DNA of 12,458 nt from a virus. Location: positions 1-12,458 of the IMG/VR virus record IMGVR_UViG_3300045988_163868. One strand, given 5' to 3'. Positions 8,016-12,458 of this stretch are shown in pieces (position 1 is the first letter of the stretch; every line of letters starts with the position of its first letter). The position numbers and the translations under genes are program-made. The notes below the pieces were generated by a model, which made no database searches, was not told the DNA's origin, and saw only the letters and a program-made list of their open reading frames with translations.

Positions 8016-8738
8016 TTATAAATTTAGAATATCAAAAAACAGCAATTTTGCGACATCTTCAAAAAATATTTTAATTGTTGAAAAGTCCGCAATTGCTCTT
8101 TCTTGTTCGAGCATTTGTTGTGTTGTAGTAACTCCGATATTGCCTTTTCGAGTTAGCTCATTTATTGTTTGCTCTGTTCCTGTTTCCTTGTTAGTAACTG
8201 TCGAGTTGCTTTTAGCTGTATTTTCGCCTGTTATGTTTGAATTTCCTGTTAATTCATTTTTAGAATTATTAACAAAAGCTGTACTATCAAAACTTGTGTT
8301 GCTGTCTGTTGATGTATTGCTTGTTGTGTTATTAGCGCTATTAGTGCCGCTTTCGCTTGCTGTTCCCTCTGACGTTCGTGTCAAATTCGGTGTTCTTGTT
8401 TCGTTTCCATTTTCAGTCATTGAATAATTCTCAATCGGATTATACTCAACTGTTTCAGTAGCAACAAGTTTGATATATTTGTTTTTGTTAAGATTATATA
8501 CAACTTTCGCTCTTTTGTAATATGTGTTATAATCAGCAATTTTGTTGCAATCAATAATCATATATCTATACTTGTATAACTCCAAAAACATATCTGATAA
8601 ATCCGATGTTGAAAAATTAAACGGAGTTGCTATATCTGTTGCGTAATCAAAAAAATTAGCAAAATTAGCTTTGTTTTTTTCTGCAAAATCTTCAAGTGTT
8701 TCAAGTTCAACTCCGCCATATCCGCATAATAAACTCAA
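8016..8738 (-). CDS. Putative lower collar / head-tail adaptor protein with an S/T/N-rich central region
   Basis: 240 aa. TTG start with SD GGAGTGA 7 nt upstream. It directly follows the connector gene (4-nt gap), as gp11 follows gp10 in phi29. The conserved-looking C-terminus is RKGNIGVTTTQQMLEQERAIADF. The function is assigned by position only. Confidence 0.4.
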   Translation of the reverse strand: MSLLCGYGGVELETLEDFAEKNKANFANFFDYATDIATPFNFSTSDLSDMFLELYKYRYMIIDCNKIADYNTYYKRAKVVYNLNKNKYIKLVATETVEYNPIENYSMTENGNETRTPNLTRTSEGTASESGTNSANNTTSNTSTDSNTSFDSTAFVNNSKNELTGNSNITGENTAKSNSTVTNKETGTEQTINELTRKGNIGVTTTQQMLEQERAIADFSTIKIFFEDVAKLLFFDILNL

Positions 8739-8742
8739 AATA

Positions 8743-9654
8743 TCACTCCGTTTCTTCTGTTTCTTCTGATTTTTCTATTGTTTTTTGTTTCCAAATATCA
8801 GACAAAACAACATCACAATTAAGATTAAAAAGATTATTAAGTGATTGTACATTGTTTTTCCTCATTTCCAACATTGCATTGATATTAACTTCTGTTGTTG
8901 TATCATTAACTGCAATTTCGTCACTAACGAGCCTTTCTTTTTTCATATTGAAATTAGAATTTACGCCGATTGCGTGATAAAATTGTGCCAAAAAATATTG
9001 CTGAATATCAATTAATGTTTGCAGTGTGGGACTAACAGAGCCGCCACCTGTTGCGAGCGGTGATATTTCAATAGTGCTTGCTATATCGCTTTTTGCTATT
9101 GCAAACCCGTCACCGTTATAAATTTTTTTAAACACTTCTGAAACACTTTTATAAGCGTTTTCAGTATCAGCTGACGCAAAAGCAAAAAATCTTGAATTTT
9201 TTTGAGCAACATTTATAGAGCACTCATTATCAGATAATAAAATAGCTGTTCGATAAATCAGAGAATATAAGCCGCCTTTTTTAACTGACAAAAGCGGAAA
9301 GTCGTTATACTGTATATCTTTAGCTGAATTATACAAAATAACACAATCTTTGTTAATTGTAAATGTATGACTGCCCAAAACGGGATTGGCTATTATATAC
9401 TGCGATGGCATATAATACTCGTTCGGCTCACCTGCAAACCCACCGCTTGCTACATAAAAATCACCATTTAATTTAAAAAAAGCACAATGACCTTTTAAAA
9501 ATAAACATCTGTTCAAATAGTTGACATCAACGCTTTTTGGTAAATTTTCCCATACAAACATATTTGATACTTTATCATACAACATATTAAAGTAATGAAC
9601 GAACCCATCAGCCGAGGTTAAACCTCGACTGACATCATTAGTAATTTTTGCCAT
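8743..9654 (-). CDS. Head-tail connector (portal / upper collar), phi29 gp10-like
   Basis: 303 aa; phi29 gp10 is about 309 aa as I recall. [30 protein letters not shown] parallels gp10 [54 protein letters not shown] parallels [26 protein letters not shown] AGGAG is upstream and the ATG abuts the holin stop. Confidence 0.92.
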   Translation of the reverse strand: [303 protein letters not shown]

Positions 9655-10059
9655 TTATTCCCCACTCCTTTTATTAATTTGTGAAAGAATTTTTTTCAAC
9701 TTTTTCGGAATAGGCAAACCAAGTTTTGCCGAATTTTCAAGAATAGATATTCCCTCATTTGCAAGATAAAAGAAAATAACTGCTGTTCTAATAGCTGTTC
9801 CCTCTTGCAAAATAAATAAATCAATTAAATGAGCAACACCTACTAAAATGAAAATCATCACTTTTTTACAAATTCCCTTAAAGCCAATTTCACTCGAAAG
9901 CTCTTTTGAAATTATTGCATTAATAACACCTGTCAAATAATCAATAATTACAAATGCAATCAACGCATATAAAAAACCGTCACCGCCACCGAAAAACCAA
10001 CCGAGAAATGCCCCGAGCAGAGAAAAAACAACTTGCATTTGTAGTAAAAACTCTCTCAT
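9655..10059 (-). CDS. Holin, phage phiLC3 / TcdE family (Phage_holin_4_1-like)
   Basis: 134 aa with three hydrophobic segments. Family-typical strings: LIAFVIIDYLTGVINAI, SSEIGFKGICKKVMIFILVGVAHLID, RTAVIFFYLANEGISILENSAKLGLPIPKKLKKIL. The start overlaps the previous stop (TAATG). Confidence 0.93.
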   Translation of the reverse strand: MREFLLQMQVVFSLLGAFLGWFFGGGDGFLYALIAFVIIDYLTGVINAIISKELSSEIGFKGICKKVMIFILVGVAHLIDLFILQEGTAIRTAVIFFYLANEGISILENSAKLGLPIPKKLKKILSQINKRSGE

Positions 10060-10466
10060 TATTTTACTTTAACTGCTAAGTAGCTGTTGCCTGTTTTACT
10101 TACACCATATGAAAAATAAAAAACAAATTCCTGCAACACGCTTTCGTCTTCTGCAACATCTGCTATAATGTCTGAAATAGTATCAATAACTACTTTAGAG
10201 CTTGCCAAATAAAACTCCGTTTCGTCATTAGCGTTTACTGTTTCAAAAATTGCAATTTCTGCTACCTCTTTGCTGTCAGCGCCTGCGTTCTTTATTTTCT
10301 CTGCTTTTTCTGTATCTGTAATAATAGTGATTGACTTCACATTACCGATACAAAAGCCGTTTTCGCTGTTCTTTGTGAGTTCTGCAATTGATAAAGCGTC
10401 AATGTTCTTTAACTTAATTTTTTCAACTGTTGTAAGTTCGTGTGTTGATGTGAATACCTTTGCCAT
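10059..10466 (-). CDS. Acidic hypothetical protein, first gene of the late block (candidate scaffold / SSB / other)
   Basis: The ORF track starts at a TTG (10544) with no SD. The ATG at 10466 (MAKVFTS..., 135 aa) has SD AAAGGA about 11 nt upstream, so I prefer it. My count is about 22 D/E against 14 K. I recognised no motif. Confidence 0.6.
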   Translation of the reverse strand: MAKVFTSTHELTTVEKIKLKNIDALSIAELTKNSENGFCIGNVKSITIITDTEKAEKIKNAGADSKEVAEIAIFETVNANDETEFYLASSKVVIDTISDIIADVAEDESVLQEFVFYFSYGVSKTGNSYLAVKVK

Positions 10467-10560
10467 AATTTTTTGTTTCCTTTCTTTTTTGAAAATTTTG
10501 AATTGTGTGTTTTTGTTACTTTTTTGAATTTGAGTAACCAACAAATCCGCTTGAACATTT

Positions 10561-10578
10561 AGAATTTTTAAAAATTCT
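10561..10578. promoter_or_regulatory. 18-bp perfect palindrome AGAATTTTTAAAAATTCT
   Basis: An exact reverse-complement palindrome, 1 nt from 38-bp element B. It overlaps a -10-like TAAAAAT on the minus strand. Confidence 0.5.
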
Positions 10579-10579
10579 A

Positions 10580-10617
10580 TGGTAGTAGTTTTATTTTAAT
10601 TTGCAACTACCAAACAA
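10580..10617 (-). promoter_or_regulatory. Conserved 38-bp intergenic element, copy B
   Basis: TGGTAGTAGTTTTATTTTAATTTGCAACTACCAAACAA matches copy A (11632-11669) at 35 of 38 positions. It contains the dyad TGGTAGT/ACTACCA. It lies between the 94-aa ORF and the late block. Confidence 0.7.
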
Positions 10618-10640
10618 ATTTTTATTTAAACTAATTGCAA

Positions 10641-10925
10641 TTAAGTTGATTTTGTTTCAATCTGCAATGCTCTAGTGATTAAAAATTCTTGTATTTCTAC
10701 TAAGTCATTTAAAATTCTGTAGTATTGTTGTTTTTTTGTTTTATACCTTTCGTAATTTGTCTCTCTCAAAGTATCAACAGTTTTTTCTATTTGTAATATG
10801 TCTGTTGAATATTCATTTGCCCATTGCAAATATTTTTTCGCATATTCATTTTCAAAAAGCGACAAATACAAATTGATTTTTAATTGATTAGTTTTGCCTT
10901 TAAAAATTGATTTACAATTATACAT
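10641..10925 (-). CDS. Hypothetical protein (94 aa, helical, slightly basic)
   Basis: ATG with SD GGTGA upstream, 4 nt after the stop of the HTH gene. No motif recognised. Confidence 0.6.
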   Translation of the reverse strand: MYNCKSIFKGKTNQLKINLYLSLFENEYAKKYLQWANEYSTDILQIEKTVDTLRETNYERYKTKKQQYYRILNDLVEIQEFLITRALQIETKST

Positions 10926-10929
10926 ATTA

Positions 10930-11241
10930 TCACCGATAGAAATATTTGACTACTGCATATATTATTTCCTTTCCTTTTTGCAAATGTCTACTAACTGTAC
11001 TTTGTGCAATATTCAGCTTTTGCGCAATATCTTTATTTTTCAAACCTTTCACATGCAACTCAATAATTTGTTTCTGTCGCTCTGTCAAATTCTCTGATAT
11101 TACATTATTTACAATATCGTCAAAAGTTCTGCGATATTTGTAATTGTTAGCATTTGAATTTTGTTTCAAATATTGCATATATTCAATTTTGTTAGTGTTT
11201 TCTTCACTCAAGTATATTTTTACTGAATGATTAGTAATCAA
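10930..11241 (-). CDS. Sigma-70 region-4-like / LuxR-GerE-type HTH DNA-binding protein
   Basis: 103 aa. LTERQKQIIELHVKGLKNKDIAQKLNIAQSTVSRHLQKGKEII fits the sigma r4_2 / GerE pattern (L..RQ..+..L...G....+IA..L.I...TV..+L). TTG start with SD GAGGTGA about 6 nt upstream. The start overlaps the upstream stop (TTGA). No sigma region 2 is present. Confidence 0.75.
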   Translation of the reverse strand: MITNHSVKIYLSEENTNKIEYMQYLKQNSNANNYKYRRTFDDIVNNVISENLTERQKQIIELHVKGLKNKDIAQKLNIAQSTVSRHLQKGKEIIYAVVKYFYR

Positions 11242-11597
11242 GTTTTATCACCTCGCAAGCGCTGATTAACTTTCTTTAGCATTGTTACATTATGCTTTAT
11301 AACTTCATTAGCTATCTTATATTTTAGTTCAAAGTCAACTATTATAAAGATATGCGCTTTCCGTAAAATTAAGTCACACACCCACGGTACATCTTCAAAA
11401 CTCATTTCATTTGTATGTGCTACAATGTCAATTGCTATGTCAATAATATCATCTGTTGTGATATTATCTTTCTGCGCTTTAGTCAATAAATTGCTAACAT
11501 CTTCGCTATCGCCTAATCTATACCATTTCTGACTGCTGCATAACTTTTCTAACTCTGCTGCCGAAATCTTAATATTAAATTCACAATCATACTTCAT
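11238..11597 (-). CDS. Hypothetical protein (119 aa)
   Basis: ATG with SD AAGAGGT 8 nt upstream. Translationally coupled to the HTH gene. No motif recognised. Confidence 0.6.
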   Translation of the reverse strand: MKYDCEFNIKISAAELEKLCSSQKWYRLGDSEDVSNLLTKAQKDNITTDDIIDIAIDIVAHTNEMSFEDVPWVCDLILRKAHIFIIVDFELKYKIANEVIKHNVTMLKKVNQRLRGDKT

Positions 11598-11631
11598 AAA
11601 GTAGTACCTCTTTTCTATATTAAAACTGTTT

Positions 11632-11669
11632 TGGTAGTAGTCTTATTTTAACTTGCGACTACCAAACAA
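11632..11669 (-). promoter_or_regulatory. Conserved 38-bp intergenic element, copy A
   Basis: TGGTAGTAGTCTTATTTTAACTTGCGACTACCAAACAA lies in the 80-nt gap between the 83-aa and 119-aa ORFs. On the minus strand a -10-like TAATAT begins 9 nt after the element. Copy B has TAAAAAT at almost the same offset. Confidence 0.7.
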
Positions 11670-11677
11670 GTGTTAGT

Positions 11678-11929
11678 TTAACAACTATACTTTAATACCT
11701 CATTTTCCATTTCCTGTTCACGACATACAAAATCATCAATCATTTCTTTTGCTTCGTCAATGTTGTTAGCGGAAGCAATCAAATTATATGTGTTATTATA
11801 ACATATGCCGTATTTTTCGCCGTTGTGAGCATAAGGCTTTATAATTCTTTTTGTGTTGACAAAAAAGAAAACATCATCGTAATTTTTGAGTTGGTTATCT
11901 GCGTATTTTTTTAATTGTTTTGTTGTCAT
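11678..11929 (-). CDS. Hypothetical early protein (83 aa)
   Basis: ATG with strong SD AAGGAGA 9 nt upstream. No motif recognised. Confidence 0.65.
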   Translation of the reverse strand: MTTKQLKKYADNQLKNYDDVFFFVNTKRIIKPYAHNGEKYGICYNNTYNLIASANNIDEAKEMIDDFVCREQEMENEVLKYSC

Positions 11930-11942
11930 AATAAAAATCTCC

Positions 11943-12080
11943 TTAATTTAATTCTATACACACTGTTCGCCATTCGGGGTGTTTTATTAGTATTTCATCA
12001 ATTACATTCTCTGTTAAATCTTCACACCACTGAATAATCTCACCTAGTTCATTGACAATAGCAGTTTTAAATTTTAACAT
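11943..12080 (-). CDS. Small acidic early protein (45 aa from the SD-preceded ATG; 60 aa if the ATG at 12125 is used)
   Basis: The ATG at 12080 has SD AGAGGTGG 5 nt upstream. The upstream ATG (12123-12125) has no SD and sits 7 nt after the -10 box, so it could only be used on a leaderless mRNA. Confidence 0.6.
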   Translation of the reverse strand: MLKFKTAIVNELGEIIQWCEDLTENVIDEILIKHPEWRTVCIELN

Positions 12081-12132
12081 AATTTCCACCTCTTTCCGCA
12101 CTGTAAGTGCTGTAACTTCTTTCATTGTCTAT

Positions 12133-12161
12133 ATTATACTACAAAATTCTAAAAAAAGCAA
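12133..12161 (-). promoter_or_regulatory. Early sigma-A-type promoter
   Basis: On the minus strand: TTGCTT (12156-12161), a 17-nt spacer, then a perfect TATAAT (12133-12138). It is the only consensus -10 with correct spacing that I found upstream of the first gene. Confidence 0.7.
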
Positions 12162-12177
12162 GTTACAATTTTGTAAC
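12162..12177. promoter_or_regulatory. Dyad GTTACAA-TT-TTGTAAC abutting the -35 box (candidate operator)
   Basis: The 7-bp arms are exact reverse complements. The dyad lies immediately upstream of the -35 hexamer. A related GTTAC(T)...(A)GTAAC dyad occurs at 10515-10538. Confidence 0.5.
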
Positions 12178-12183
12178 CAAATA

Positions 12184-12293
12184 GATCAGGAATGGATCAG
12201 GAATGGATCAGGAATGGATCAGGAATGGATCAGGAATGGATCAGGAATGGATCAGGAATGGATCAGGAATGGATCAGGAATGGATCATGAATG
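12184..12293. repeat. Tandem array: 10 copies of the 11-bp unit GATCAGGAATG (9 perfect, last copy GATCATGAATG)
   Basis: Counted directly from the sequence. There are no spacers. The array lies between the early promoter/operator and the inner edge of the right ITR, and has no counterpart at the left end. Confidence 0.97.
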
Positions 12294-12294
12294 G

Positions 12295-12312
12295 TTGTTA
12301 AAAATTTAACAA
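12295..12312. promoter_or_regulatory. Third copy of the terminal 18-bp palindrome (TTGTTAAA-AA-TTTAACAA), internal to the right ITR
   Basis: It has the same 8-bp arms as 7-24 and 12435-12452 and differs only in the 2-bp centre. It lies between the 11-bp array and the ITR boundary (12317). Confidence 0.6.
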
Positions 12313-12316
12313 TATA

Positions 12317-12458
12317 TTAGCATAATAAACCTACCTTTTTAATATGTTTTAATGCTTTAGCACTTTAAAGCATTACCACTTTAACACTTTAGCACTTTAG
12401 CACTTTAGCACACTAAAGCGGGGATCAGCAAAGTTTGTTAAAAGTTTAACAATACTTT
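12317..12458. repeat. Right inverted terminal repeat (142 bp)
   Basis: A perfect reverse complement of 1-142. The window ends exactly at ...TACTTT-3', which is 5'-AAAGTA on the other strand. Confidence 0.95.

Noticed and set aside
10467-10544. N-terminal extension of the acidic protein (161-aa version starting at TTG 10544)
   Set aside because: There is no SD upstream of the TTG. The extension is a lysine-rich low-complexity string overlapping a dyad. The ATG at 10466 has an SD.
10561-10578. CodY box
   Set aside because: AATTTTTAAAAATT resembles AATTTTCWGAAAATT only in its AT arms and lacks the CWG centre. In AT-rich DNA this is not specific.
875-11143. The other eleven plus-strand ORFs in the track (875-1204, 2034-2306, 3636-3890, 4519-4788, 7430-7678, 7865-8074, 7981-8427, 8696-8977, 10270-10527, 10894-11097, 10946-11143)
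   Set aside because: All lie almost entirely antisense inside (or across junctions of) well-supported minus-strand genes. I saw no SD sites, and their composition is hydrophobic and low-complexity, typical of shadow frames in AT-rich DNA.
206-11240. Mollicute genetic code (TGA = Trp), given the resemblance to small one-strand Mycoplasma phage genomes
   Set aside because: TGA closes the ATPase (206-208), the connector (8743-8745), and the 103-aa (10930-10932) and 119-aa (11238-11240) ORFs. In the last three cases the next gene's SD/start begins exactly there, and the ATPase stop lies just upstream of the terminator. A cell-wall-type holin is also present.
12184-12293. CRISPR array
   Set aside because: The units are contiguous 11-mers with no spacers and are far shorter than CRISPR repeats. 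No cas genes are present.
12184-12293. DnaA-box cluster
   Set aside because: AATGGATCA matches the DnaA box complement TGTGGATAA at only about 6 of 9 positions. A protein-primed linear genome has no need for DnaA.
12052-12309. Plus-strand 85-aa ORF with the repeated peptide MDQEWIRNGSG
   Set aside because: The repeat is simply the translation of the 11-bp tandem array (three units give 33 nt, or 11 aa). There is no SD, the N-terminal half is antisense to the first early gene, and the ORF runs against the uniform gene orientation.
1-12458. Transposon, casposon or linear plasmid as an explanation for ITRs plus PolB
   Set aside because: There is no transposase, Cas1 or integrase. Capsid, connector, tail knob, holin and packaging ATPase are present, and the AAAGTA ends indicate a virion genome.

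Overview
The window looks like one complete linear phage genome of 12,458 bp. It is bounded by perfect 142-bp inverted terminal repeats (1-142 and 12317-12458) whose tips read 5'-AAAGTA, the same hexamer as the Bacillus phage phi29 ITR. I call 15 genes, all on the minus strand and transcribed right to left. They are tightly packed, often with coupled or overlapping stop/start codons, and use GGAGG-type Shine-Dalgarno sites (two genes start at TTG).

Gene order from the right end:
- A sigma-A-type early promoter, followed by small early ORFs.
- A three-gene block containing a sigma-70 region-4-like HTH protein.
- The late block: acidic protein, phiLC3/TcdE-family holin, phi29 gp10-like connector, putative lower collar, and gp8-like major capsid.
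- A tail knob homologue in two ORFs (167 aa and 708 aa).
- A candidate terminal protein, a protein-primed family-B DNA polymerase and a gp16-like packaging ATPase.
- A strong intrinsic terminator at the left end.

This is a miniature relative of phi29/Picovirinae-type podophages, probably infecting a low-GC Firmicute. It is about two thirds of phi29's roughly 19 kb as I recall it. I see no recognisable endolysin, appendage/fibre gene, integrase or pRNA.

Non-coding structure worth attention:
- A 10-copy 11-bp tandem array, each unit carrying GATC, in a genome otherwise almost devoid of GATC.
- An 18-bp palindrome present near both termini and once more just inside the right ITR.
- Two copies of a 38-bp element that bracket the sigma-like gene block.
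- Twin perfect 16-bp CACGTG palindromes directly after the capsid gene.

All homology statements rest on motifs compared by eye with phi29 proteins recalled from memory. They need confirmation by BLASTP/HHpred.
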